Assembly: GCA_964512185.1 (NCBI GenBank)
Contig: CAZEJJ010000010.1
Coordinates: 291 to 64,290, forward strand
Reading direction: 5' to 3'
DNA from: an uncultured Enterobacterales bacterium
GTDB taxonomy: Bacteria > Myxococcota_A > UBA796 > JAFGLY01
Length of the DNA stretch: 64,000 nucleotides
Shown here: positions 39,405-48,442 of the stretch, piece by piece
Position numbering within the stretch: position 1 is the stretch's first letter
Layout of the letters: each line of letters opens with the position of its first letter
Translations under genes and position numbers: made by a program
Notes under the pieces: generated by a model
Told to the model about the DNA's origin: nothing
The model's input: only the letters and a program-made list of their open reading frames with translations
The model's database searches: none

Positions 39405-40934
39405 ATGGACAAGATGCTCCTCGCCTGGACCGCCATCGGTCTGTACGTGGCGCTCACCCTCGCGCTGGCCTGGCGGGGCTGGCGCCACACGCGCTCCATG
39501 GAGTCCTTCGCCACAGGTTCCGGCAGCCTGTCGCCCTGGCTGGTGGGGCTCTCGCTCGCCGCGCAGCTCACCAGCGTGGCCACCTTCGTGGTCAACCCCG
39601 GCCTGGTCTTCGCCTACGGGCTCTCGGGCCTGCTGGGCTTCGGGGTCGCTGCCGCGCTGGGCATCACCCTGGGCCTGGTGCTCTTCTCCAGGGCCTTCCG
39701 CCGTCTCGGCGAGCGCAGCACGGCCCTGACCGTGCCCCAGTGGATCGGCGCCCGCTTCGGCGACCAGCGCCTCGCCCTCGGGTTCGCGGTGCTGTCCCTG
39801 GCGCTGGTCAGCTACGCGGTGCTCATCGTGGTGGCGCTGGCCTACGTGCTGGGGGTGCTGCTGGAGCTGCCCCCCTGGCTGCCCGCCTTCGTGCTGGTGG
39901 CATTCGTCTTCGGCTACGTGAGCCTGGGCGGCGCCAACACGCACGCACGCACCAATGCCGTGCAGGCGGGCATCATGCTGGTGGTGGCCCTGCTGCTCAT
40001 CGGCACCGGCCTGCCCAGCCTGTGGCAGGGAGAGGGCCTCTTCGCCAGCCTGGCTGCACAAGACCCCCTGCTGGTGCGGGCCACCAACCCCAGCAGCCCC
40101 TACTTCCGCAACCTCTTCGAGGTCTTCGCCTGCAACTTCCTGGTGGGCCTGGCCCTGGTCTGCCAGCCCCACATCCTCTCCAAGGCCCTGTACCTGAAGT
40201 CCGACGGCGACCTGCGGCGCTACCTGGGGGTGGCCATCGCGGTGGGCACGGTGTTCATGATGATGATGTGGGTGGGGCTCTTCGCCCGGCTGGAGCTGGC
40301 GCCCACCACCACCATCGACATGGTGGTGCCGCTGTACATCGCCTCCCACTTCGGCCCGGCCCTGCAGGTGCTCATCTCCATCGGCCTGCTCTGTGCCGGC
40401 ATCTCCACGCTGGAGGGCATCATCCTGGCCCTGTCCACCAGCTGTTCGGTGGACCTGTTCCTGGTGCCACTGGGGGAGAAGCTCATGCCAGGCCGCGACC
40501 CGCAGCAGCGGGGCATGGTGGCGCTGCGGGTGGGGCGGGCCAGCGTGGTGCTCATCGCCCTGATCACAGCCTGGCTGTCCTGGCGTCAGCTGCAGGATCC
40601 CACGGGCGGCTCGGTGGCCATCTTCGCCCAGTACGGCGTCTACGGCTTGATCACCGCCAGCATCGTGCCGCTGGGCGCGGGCGTGTTCCTCCAGCGCGCC
40701 TCCCGCGGCGCGGTGAGCCTGGGGGCGCTGGTGGCGCTGACCACCTACCTGGCCGCCGGCTTCTTCGGCTTCACCGCCCTGTCCAACAACCCCGCCTTCC
40801 TGGCCTGCTGCGGCATGGCCTGCGGCTGGAGTGCCTTCGCCATCTTCCAGCTTGTCGTCGCCATCCAGCGGGCCTATGCTCGCTCCCGAAGCAGCCACGG
40901 AGCCGCCCATGAGCGCTTCTTCGCGACCCGATGA
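39405..40934 (+). CDS. Sodium:solute symporter family transporter
   Basis: ATG 39405 after GGAGA; about 13 TM helices; SSF-type sequence (…LTVPQWIGARFG…); part of run-on ORF 37356-40934. Confidence 0.8.
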   Translation: MDKMLLAWTAIGLYVALTLALAWRGWRHTRSMESFATGSGSLSPWLVGLSLAAQLTSVATFVVNPGLVFAYGLSGLLGFGVAAALGITLGLVLFSRAFRRLGERSTALTVPQWIGARFGDQRLALGFAVLSLALVSYAVLIVVALAYVLGVLLELPPWLPAFVLVAFVFGYVSLGGANTHARTNAVQAGIMLVVALLLIGTGLPSLWQGEGLFASLAAQDPLLVRATNPSSPYFRNLFEVFACNFLVGLALVCQPHILSKALYLKSDGDLRRYLGVAIAVGTVFMMMMWVGLFARLELAPTTTIDMVVPLYIASHFGPALQVLISIGLLCAGISTLEGIILALSTSCSVDLFLVPLGEKLMPGRDPQQRGMVALRVGRASVVLIALITAWLSWRQLQDPTGGSVAIFAQYGVYGLITASIVPLGAGVFLQRASRGAVSLGALVALTTYLAAGFFGFTALSNNPAFLACCGMACGWSAFAIFQLVVAIQRAYARSRSSHGAAHERFFATR

Positions 40935-42474
40935 GCTCCTCGAGGCCTTCTGGAGCCAGACCCATGACCTCTGGGCGGACCAGGCTGCGGCCTGGCGATC
41001 CTGGCTCGACGCCGTGAGCCAGGGCATGCACGCAGCGCAGCAGTCCTGGCCCCAGCCCATGCAGGGCTGGATGCAGGCCCAGGCCCAGCTCTGGTCCGCA
41101 TGGTCCGACCAGGTCCAGAACATGGCGCCTCCCCAGCCTGCAGCGGGCGGCGAGCAGGATCCGCTGGCCCAGGCGGTGCAGGCCAACCTTCAGGCCGCGC
41201 TGCAGGTGCTCTCCCAGGCCACCGAGAGCATGGCGGCTCGCATGGAGGCCGCCGATCCAGAGAGCCTGGCCGCCATCTGGGCTGGCCTGGCGCGCGAGTA
41301 CCAGCGGGACCTGGCGGATCTGCCGGGCAAGCTGGAGCCCGCCCGCGCCGAGGAGCTGACCCGCATCGCCCAGGAGCTGGGAACCGACAGCCCCAGCCCC
41401 GAGGCGCGGCGCTACCTGCAGCGCTTCGTCGAGACCATGCGGGTGAAGGGCTCGCAGGGTCCCGAGCACTACGTCGATCCCTCGCAGGTCCAGGTGGCCC
41501 CCACCCCCCGGGAGCTGGTGCTGCAGACCGGCTCGCTGGAGCTGTACCGCTACCGGGCCTGCCAGGACGAGCCTACGGAGCCTGGGCGCCCACCGATCCT
41601 GCTGGTGTACTCCATCATCAACCGGGCTTGGATCCTCGATCTGGTGCCGGGCTTCTCCATCGTGTCCCACCTGCTGGAGCAGGGCCTCGATGTCTACCTG
41701 GCGGAGTGGAGGCCCGCCCAGCCCGGCTGCACCGACACCCTGGACGATTTCATCGATCCCTGGCTGCACGAGGCCGTCGCCGAGATCAAGCGCCTGTCTC
41801 AGGCCCAGCGGGTGCACCTGTTCGGGTACTGCATCGGCGGCACCCTGGCGATGATCTACGCCGCCCGCTTCCCCCAGGACTGCCAGTCCCTCATCACCCT
41901 CACCACCCCCATCACCAGCAGCGACAGCGGCATCCTCGAGCTCCTCGCCAACCCGGCGCTGTTCCCGGTGGACGAGATCGTCGCCGCCCACCAGGGCATC
42001 GTGCCCGGCAAGCTCATCCGCTCCAGCATCATGGCCATCAAGCCCTACCTCGAGGTGCTCAAGTGGAAGGCCTACTACGAGAACCTCCACGATGACCGGG
42101 TGATGTACCTGTTCGAGCCGGTGGATCGCTGGGCGAACGACAACCCGGATCTGCCGGGGCTCGTGTTCCAGAAGTTCATGCGCGAGGTGTACCAGGACGA
42201 CGGCCTGGTGCAGGGATGCACCACCATCCACGGCCAGCCCGTACAGCTGAAGGACATCGACTGTGCGCTGCTGAACCTGGTGGCCGAAGATGACTGGATC
42301 GTGCCGCGCGCCTCCGCCGAGCGCGTGGCGGAGCTGGTGGGCTCCCAGGCGGCGCGCAGCGAGATCATCCCCGGACCCCACGTGGGCATCGTGATGGATC
42401 CCCGCGCGCGCTATGCCTGGGACCTGGTGGTGGACTTCGTCCGAGAGCACCACCCCCGCGCGGAGGAGAGCTGA
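40909..42474 (+). CDS. phaC: PHA synthase PhaC, class III/IV-like core with about 190-aa W/Q-rich N-terminal extension
   Basis: Lipase-box GYCIGG, ...DDWIVP..., ...GPHVGIV (catalytic Cys/Asp/His context); start 40909 or 40876, both overlapping the symporter gene. Confidence 0.85.
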   Translation: MSASSRPDELLEAFWSQTHDLWADQAAAWRSWLDAVSQGMHAAQQSWPQPMQGWMQAQAQLWSAWSDQVQNMAPPQPAAGGEQDPLAQAVQANLQAALQVLSQATESMAARMEAADPESLAAIWAGLAREYQRDLADLPGKLEPARAEELTRIAQELGTDSPSPEARRYLQRFVETMRVKGSQGPEHYVDPSQVQVAPTPRELVLQTGSLELYRYRACQDEPTEPGRPPILLVYSIINRAWILDLVPGFSIVSHLLEQGLDVYLAEWRPAQPGCTDTLDDFIDPWLHEAVAEIKRLSQAQRVHLFGYCIGGTLAMIYAARFPQDCQSLITLTTPITSSDSGILELLANPALFPVDEIVAAHQGIVPGKLIRSSIMAIKPYLEVLKWKAYYENLHDDRVMYLFEPVDRWANDNPDLPGLVFQKFMREVYQDDGLVQGCTTIHGQPVQLKDIDCALLNLVAEDDWIVPRASAERVAELVGSQAARSEIIPGPHVGIVMDPRARYAWDLVVDFVREHHPRAEES

Positions 42475-42475
42475 G

Positions 42476-43402
42476 ATGCGCCGAATCCACTGCCTGTCGC
42501 TGGCCTGCCTGCTGGGCGCCTGCCAGCCCCCCACGGACAGCGCCGAGACCGGGGAATCCCGGGACAGCGCCCCCGGCGACACCAGCCCGCAGGACAGCGC
42601 CGACACCGCCGATACCAGCGACACCGACGCCTGCCTGCCCGACCACGACGGCAGCATCCGCTTCGACGAGTTCGTGGCCGACCCGGCCCTGGGCATCCAG
42701 GCCATGTACACCGTGAACGCCGCGGGCGAGACGGTCTCCGTGGCTGGTGTGGGCGGCGTGGTGGGCCAGGACGGGCTGTACGCCTGGGACTTCAGCGCCA
42801 TCGACACCAGCAGCGACAGCACCTGGACGGTGGCGCTGCAGGAGCCTGAAGGCGCCTGGTTCCAGGAGCACTTCCAGCAGGCGAGCTACACGGTGGGGCT
42901 GGATGCCTCCGAGGCCATCCTGGGCATCTACCGGGTGAACGACAGCGCCGAGCGGCTGGAGCTGCTGGGCATGGCCACCGCCGAGCCCGACGGCGGCCTG
43001 TTGGTCTACCAGGAACCCGTGGTGGTCTTCGAGTTTCCCCTGACCCTCGACAACAGCTGGGCCAACGACCAGGTGCAGGCCGACGGCAGCTGGGAAGGCC
43101 AGGACTACCCCATCGACTACGGCTGGGCCGGGGTGGTCACCCTGGAGCACTCTTACAGCTTCCACGTGGACAGGGCCGGCGTCGCCCAGGTGCCGCTGGG
43201 CGGCTTCGACGTGCTGCGGCTGCGCCTGGACCAGGTCGTGGAGGCCACCAACTCCATCAGCGGTCCCTTCGCCACCGAGACCATGATCTCCTACTTCTAC
43301 CTGGCCGAGTGCACCGGGCTGGTGGCGCGCATCCGCTCCACCGAGGGCGAGACCGACCCGGACTTCGAGCGCGCCTCCGAGTACCTGCGGCTAGGGTTCT
43401 GA
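42476..43402 (+). CDS. Lipoprotein of unknown function (paralog of 45950-46798)
   Basis: MRRIHCLSLACLLGAC lipobox; 1 nt after phaC stop; C-terminal YFYLAECTGLVARIRSTEGETDPDFERASE shared with the paralog. Confidence 0.75.
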   Translation: MRRIHCLSLACLLGACQPPTDSAETGESRDSAPGDTSPQDSADTADTSDTDACLPDHDGSIRFDEFVADPALGIQAMYTVNAAGETVSVAGVGGVVGQDGLYAWDFSAIDTSSDSTWTVALQEPEGAWFQEHFQQASYTVGLDASEAILGIYRVNDSAERLELLGMATAEPDGGLLVYQEPVVVFEFPLTLDNSWANDQVQADGSWEGQDYPIDYGWAGVVTLEHSYSFHVDRAGVAQVPLGGFDVLRLRLDQVVEATNSISGPFATETMISYFYLAECTGLVARIRSTEGETDPDFERASEYLRLGF

Positions 43403-43405
43403 TCC

Positions 43406-44335
43406 ATGAACCTCCGCCCCCTGCTGCTCCTCACCGTCTCGTCAGCCCTGCTGCTGGCGGGCTGCCTGAGGGCACAGCAGGCCCCCCTGCGCGAGCCGGG
43501 GCGCAGCTACATGGCCGTGGGCGAGCAGGAGCTGCGCTACCGCGACAGCGGCTGGCCCGCCGTGGACGAGACCGCGGACGTTCCGCTGCTGTTCATCCAC
43601 GGCTTCGGCTCGAGCCTGGAGACCTGGGACCTGGCGGCTCCCCTGCTCTGCCAGACCCGCCGCTGCGTCTCCCTGGACCTGCCGGGCTTCGGGCTGTCCA
43701 GCAAGCTGGAGGCGGACTACGGACCGCAGTCCATGGTGGCGGCCGTGCTGACCTTGATGGACAGGCTGGACCTGCAGCAGGTGGACCTGGTGGCTCACTC
43801 CTTCGGCTGCTCGGTGGCGCTGGATCTGGCCGCGGCCCATCCCACCAGGGTGCGCCGCCTGGTGCTCTCCGACGGCTTCGCCTACGCCGACCAGCTGCCC
43901 TGGTTCTTCGCCTGGTCCCGCACCCCCGGCCTGGGGGAGATCCTGATGGGCCTGTTCTACGATCAGCAGCTGGACTGGCGCATCCCCCTCTCCTTCCACA
44001 ACAAGGCCCTGGTCAGCCACGACATGGTCACCCGGGCCTACGAGGCCCTGGCTCGCCCCGGTACCCGCGCGGCGGCGCTGGCCGTCGTGCGCGGCCTGGA
44101 TCTGCAGCGCGCCGAGCAGGGCTACGGCCGCCTGCCCCACCACGTGTTGGTCATCTGGGGCCGCGAGGACCAGGTCACCCCCCTGCGCTACGGCGAGCGC
44201 CTGGCCCAGCACCTGCCCCGATCCTCCCTGGTGGTGGTGCCCTTCGCCGGTCACTTCCCCATGGTGGAGGCGCCGGGTATGTACGCCGAGCAGGTGTCCA
44301 CCTTCCTGGCCCGCCGCGGCCTGGAGCTGCGATGA
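43406..44335 (+). CDS. Alpha/beta hydrolase lipoprotein
   Basis: Lipobox LLLAGC; LLFIHGFGSS oxyanion region; nucleophile elbow VAHSFGCS; C-terminal ...VVPFAGHFP (His). Confidence 0.8.
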   Translation: MNLRPLLLLTVSSALLLAGCLRAQQAPLREPGRSYMAVGEQELRYRDSGWPAVDETADVPLLFIHGFGSSLETWDLAAPLLCQTRRCVSLDLPGFGLSSKLEADYGPQSMVAAVLTLMDRLDLQQVDLVAHSFGCSVALDLAAAHPTRVRRLVLSDGFAYADQLPWFFAWSRTPGLGEILMGLFYDQQLDWRIPLSFHNKALVSHDMVTRAYEALARPGTRAAALAVVRGLDLQRAEQGYGRLPHHVLVIWGREDQVTPLRYGERLAQHLPRSSLVVVPFAGHFPMVEAPGMYAEQVSTFLARRGLELR

Positions 44336-45945
44336 GCCCGGCCGCGCTGCTGTTGCTGGCCCTGCAGCCCGTCCTCGCCGGCGAGCCCGAGCCGCTGCCG
44401 GTGGAGCTGCCCCTGCCCGCCACCCCCGAGGTGGAGCCGCGGCTGGAGCTGGATGGCTCCTTCCGCACGCGCGGTCACTGGTTCTACAACCTGGATCTCA
44501 ACCACGGCACCACCCCCAGCACCGGCGAGCCCGTCTTCCCCTACAGCGCCTCGGGCGACGAGAGCTTCAGCGGTGGCGACATGCGCCTGCGGCTCGACGC
44601 GGCCTTCCACATCGTGCCGGAGATCTCCGTGCACCTGCGCGTGGACGGGCTCGACAACGTGGTCTTCGGCAGCACACCGGCGGGCTTTCCCGCCGATCGC
44701 TGGACCCCTTCCATCTACGCCTCCAGCTCCCAGCAGCCACCCGCCTCGGGGGTCAACGCCTTCCAGGACAGCGTCGCCCTGGAGCGCGCCTGGGGCCAAG
44801 CCCTCACCCCCCTTGGCCTGTTCTCGGTGGGGCGCATGGGCATGCCCGAGTGGGGCGTGGGCATGGTGGCCAACCCTGGCGACGGCCTGGATGACGACTA
44901 CGACCAGAACGTGGACCGCATCGGCTTCGCCACCACCGTGCGCGACCACTTCCTGGGGGTCTCCTACGACTGGAACGCCAGCGGCCCCAGCACCGCCACG
45001 GCTGCCGGATCTTCCTGGGGCCAGGACTTCGACCTCGAGCGCTCCGACAACCTGCACACCCTGTCCCTGACCCTGCTCAGGCACCTGGACGAACGAGCCG
45101 TGGCCCGCCGCCACGACGCCCAGGTGGCCGCCTTCCGCTACGGCGCCTACCTCACCTGGCGCAGCCAGGAAATGGACGTGCCCAGCTACTGGCTCGGCGG
45201 CCTCGACGAACAGGACGGCACCCTGGACGAGGACGACCTGGTGCGGCGCGACCTCCAGGCCTTCGCCGCCGACCTGTTCCTTGACCTGCAGGCCCCGCGC
45301 TTCGGCCTGCAGCTGGAAGCGGCCCACCTGCGCGGCTCGGTGGGCGACCTGTCGCTGCTGCAGGGGGTGCAGGCCTCCGAGGTCACCATGGACCAGACCG
45401 GCGCGGTGCTCAAAGGCCACGTGCACGCCCTGGCCGAGCGCCGCCTGACCCTGGCCATGGAGTGCGGCTACGCCTCGGGCGACGACGCGCCGGGCATGGG
45501 CATCGCCCCGCCCCTGGATCAGCTGAGCGCGCAGGCGGGCGATCTGGACGGGCCGCAGTTCGCCCTCCCCGACGACTCCACCCTCGACAACTTCCGCTTC
45601 CATCCCAACTACCACGTGGACCTCATCCTCTGGCGGCAGATCCTGGGCGCCGTCAGCGACGCCGTCTACCTGCGCCCCGCCCTGCTGGGGCGGCCCCACG
45701 CGCGCCTGGAGCTGGAGCTGGCCCTGGTGCACTCCAGGGCGGTCCAGGCCAGCTCCACACCCAGCGGAGAGCCCACTCTGGGCACCGAGCTGGACCTGGC
45801 GCTGGAGTGGGTCATCTGGCACGGGCTGGTGGGACGCGCCCAGTACGGGCTGCTGCTGCCGGGCGCTGGCTTCGAGAACCGCATCCAGGGCCTGCAGCCC
45901 GATCCGGCCCAGGCGGCTCGCCTGCTGCTGGCCTTCCAGTTCTGA
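44332..45945 (+). CDS. Predicted outer-membrane beta-barrel protein
   Basis: Signal peptide MSPAALLLLALQPVLAG; alternating-pattern strands; C-terminal ...RLLLAFQF with terminal Phe (OMP beta-signal); ATGA overlap with hydrolase. Confidence 0.65.
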   Translation: MSPAALLLLALQPVLAGEPEPLPVELPLPATPEVEPRLELDGSFRTRGHWFYNLDLNHGTTPSTGEPVFPYSASGDESFSGGDMRLRLDAAFHIVPEISVHLRVDGLDNVVFGSTPAGFPADRWTPSIYASSSQQPPASGVNAFQDSVALERAWGQALTPLGLFSVGRMGMPEWGVGMVANPGDGLDDDYDQNVDRIGFATTVRDHFLGVSYDWNASGPSTATAAGSSWGQDFDLERSDNLHTLSLTLLRHLDERAVARRHDAQVAAFRYGAYLTWRSQEMDVPSYWLGGLDEQDGTLDEDDLVRRDLQAFAADLFLDLQAPRFGLQLEAAHLRGSVGDLSLLQGVQASEVTMDQTGAVLKGHVHALAERRLTLAMECGYASGDDAPGMGIAPPLDQLSAQAGDLDGPQFALPDDSTLDNFRFHPNYHVDLILWRQILGAVSDAVYLRPALLGRPHARLELELALVHSRAVQASSTPSGEPTLGTELDLALEWVIWHGLVGRAQYGLLLPGAGFENRIQGLQPDPAQAARLLLAFQF

Positions 45946-45949
45946 GGGA

Positions 45950-46798
45950 ATGAGCGTGCCCATCACCCGCGCCTGTCTGTGCTGCTGCCTGGCCCTGGGC
46001 TTCGCCTGCTCGCCCGGCAATCCTCCCATCGCCGACACGGGCGGGGAGCCCTTTGTGTTCGACTGCGAGGGCGACAACGACGGCAGCATCAGCGCCAGCG
46101 AGCTGCCGGTCGCCACGGGCCTCTCCGTGCCCTACCTGGCCAACGCTGCGGGCACGACCGTCGTGACAGATCCCCACGGCCAGCAGGACGAGACGAGCAC
46201 CACCTGGGACTTCACCTCGGCGCCGGGGACCCTGACCGTCGACTTCCCCATGCTGGATCCCGGCGGCCTGTGGTTCGACTCACACTTCCCCGACGCCGAC
46301 TTCGCGGCCCCCCTCTTCGCCCACGAGCCCCTTCTGCTGGGCGTGATCAGCGCGAGCGAGCATGAGCTCAGCATGCTCGGGCTGGCCTCGCGCGAGGAGG
46401 CTCCCGCAGAGGGACAGACCCTGGTGGTCTACGACCAACCCGTGAAGGTCTACGATCTGCCCCTGGAGCTGGGCACCCAGTGGGAGAGCAGCGGCAGCTT
46501 CAACGACGCGGTGATCGCCGGCGTGCCCAACGCGGGCCTGGAGGACTACAGCTTCGAGGTGGACGCCATCGGCACGCTGCTGCTCCCGGGCTACGCCCTC
46601 GAGAACACCCTGCGCCTGCACGTGGAGCTCACCCAGACCTTCGCCGTGAGCAGCGGCGACAACACGGTGGAGTCGCAGCGCTACCTCTACCTGCGCGAGT
46701 GCTTCGGGGAGCTGGCTCGCATCACCAGCCTGCCGGGTGAGACCTCCCCCGACTTCGTGGAGGCCTCAGAGCTGCGCGTGCTGGACGTGGAGGGCTGA
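45950..46798 (+). CDS. Lipoprotein of unknown function (paralog of 42476-43402)
   Basis: Lipobox LALGFAC; RYLYLRECFGELARITSLPGETSPDFVEASE matches the paralog C-terminus. Confidence 0.75.
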   Translation: MSVPITRACLCCCLALGFACSPGNPPIADTGGEPFVFDCEGDNDGSISASELPVATGLSVPYLANAAGTTVVTDPHGQQDETSTTWDFTSAPGTLTVDFPMLDPGGLWFDSHFPDADFAAPLFAHEPLLLGVISASEHELSMLGLASREEAPAEGQTLVVYDQPVKVYDLPLELGTQWESSGSFNDAVIAGVPNAGLEDYSFEVDAIGTLLLPGYALENTLRLHVELTQTFAVSSGDNTVESQRYLYLRECFGELARITSLPGETSPDFVEASELRVLDVEG

Positions 46799-46907
46799 GC
46801 CGAGCTGCTGGGTCCAGGATGGAGCCTGGCGCTCGCCTGCCGAGGCGGCAGCGCGCCGAATGCTGCGATAGGGAATCCCTCCGACAGGCCTCGACCAAGG
46901 ATCGCGG

Positions 46908-48434
46908 GTGACCCGAAAGAGCATCGTCGAACGCAGCCTCGCGCTGGCCATCGGGCTGGTGGTGCTGCTGGTCCTGCTGGAGCTGACGCTCCGGCTCGCC
47001 GGCAGCTTCTTCGACGATCCAGCTCAACGGCTGCCCACCGAATTCCAGCCCAAGCCTGGAGATCTCGTGGTGCTGTCCATGGGCGACTCCATGACCTGGG
47101 GCATCGGAGCCTCAGAGGGCATGACCTACCCGGATCAGCTGCAGCCGCTGCTGGAGCAGGCGCTGTCCGACCGGGGGATCGCGGTGTTCAACGGCTCCAT
47201 GGCGGGCGCCAACTCCACCATCATTCTGGCCCTGCTGGAGGACTACCTGCGCGTGCTTGAGCCGGACGTGGTCACCATCCTCACCGGGGGGATCAACAAG
47301 ACCAACTACTACGGCTTCAACGCCTGGAAGAAGCGCAGCACCACACCTTCGCGGGCGGACGACGCCCTGCACCAGGTGCGGGTCTACCGCCTGTGGCGGT
47401 ACTTCTCCCGACACATGGGCACCCACTCCGCGCAGCAGGCCCTGGTCTTCGACGGCGTCGGCGCGGGTGTCACCGCCTGCCAGAAGTGGCACTCCGCCCA
47501 GGGCTCCCCTCCGACCCGGAGCTTCGAACAGGGCGGCAGCCTGCTGCGCGTGGGCCGCTTCCACCAGGCGCGACAGGTCTTCGAGCAGGGGCTCGCAGAG
47601 GATCCCGGCGACAGCGCCCTGCTGTGGGGGCTGGCCACGGCCCACAAGGGCGCCAGGAACAACGCCGCCGCCGAGGTGACCTTCGAGCGCTGCCTGCAGG
47701 CGAATCCCGCGGATCCCAACTGCCACTACGGGCTGGGCGAGCTCTCCCTGGAGGGCGCCCCCCGGGGGCCGGGCAGCTCCCCTGAGCTGGACGCAGCCGA
47801 GACCTGGTTCGAGAGCGGGCTGAAGGCCGACCCCGCGTTCTCGGCCAACCACTGGGGCATGGGCATGGTCCACATGAAGACCAACCGCAGCTCGGACGCG
47901 GTGGACGCCTTCCTCCAGTGCGCCCGCGCCGATCCCGACGACACGCGCTGCTACCCGAACCTCGTCACCCAGGCGGGCCGCAGCAAGCGCAGCGCCGAGG
48001 TGGAGCGCATCCTGGAGACCATGGCCGCCGAGCACCAGGTGGCCGACGACTACCTGCCCGCGCTGCGCGCCAGGCTGGACACCGACTCCATCGATGCCTG
48101 GATCCGAGCTGACCTGGAGCGCATGGTGGAGCTCTCCCAGGCATCAGGCGCCAAGGTCATCATGCAGACCTACCCCTACCAGGAGCCCACCAACGAGCTG
48201 CTGGGGGCCATCGCTCGCGAACAGGGCCTGCCCTTCGCCGATCACCGGGCCCGGTTCCTCCAGGAGATGGAGGCGGGCGTAGCCTACGATGATCTGTTCT
48301 CCGCCGATCAGCTTCACTGCAACGACCGGGGCTACGGGATCATGGCGGCCACCCTGCGCGACGCCATCCTGGGCACGCTGCAGGCCAAACCCGGCGCGGG
48401 TGGCGGACAGGGCCCCGTTCGGTCCAGGTACTGA
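46908..48434 (+). CDS. Membrane-anchored SGNH/GDSL hydrolase with an embedded TPR-like module
   Basis: GTG start; TM anchor; block I SMGDSMTWG, block III GGINKTN, block V DQLHCNDRGY; about 250-aa helical-repeat insertion between blocks III and V. Confidence 0.75.
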   Translation: MTRKSIVERSLALAIGLVVLLVLLELTLRLAGSFFDDPAQRLPTEFQPKPGDLVVLSMGDSMTWGIGASEGMTYPDQLQPLLEQALSDRGIAVFNGSMAGANSTIILALLEDYLRVLEPDVVTILTGGINKTNYYGFNAWKKRSTTPSRADDALHQVRVYRLWRYFSRHMGTHSAQQALVFDGVGAGVTACQKWHSAQGSPPTRSFEQGGSLLRVGRFHQARQVFEQGLAEDPGDSALLWGLATAHKGARNNAAAEVTFERCLQANPADPNCHYGLGELSLEGAPRGPGSSPELDAAETWFESGLKADPAFSANHWGMGMVHMKTNRSSDAVDAFLQCARADPDDTRCYPNLVTQAGRSKRSAEVERILETMAAEHQVADDYLPALRARLDTDSIDAWIRADLERMVELSQASGAKVIMQTYPYQEPTNELLGAIAREQGLPFADHRARFLQEMEAGVAYDDLFSADQLHCNDRGYGIMAATLRDAILGTLQAKPGAGGGQGPVRSRY

Positions 48435-48442
48435 GGTCGGTC

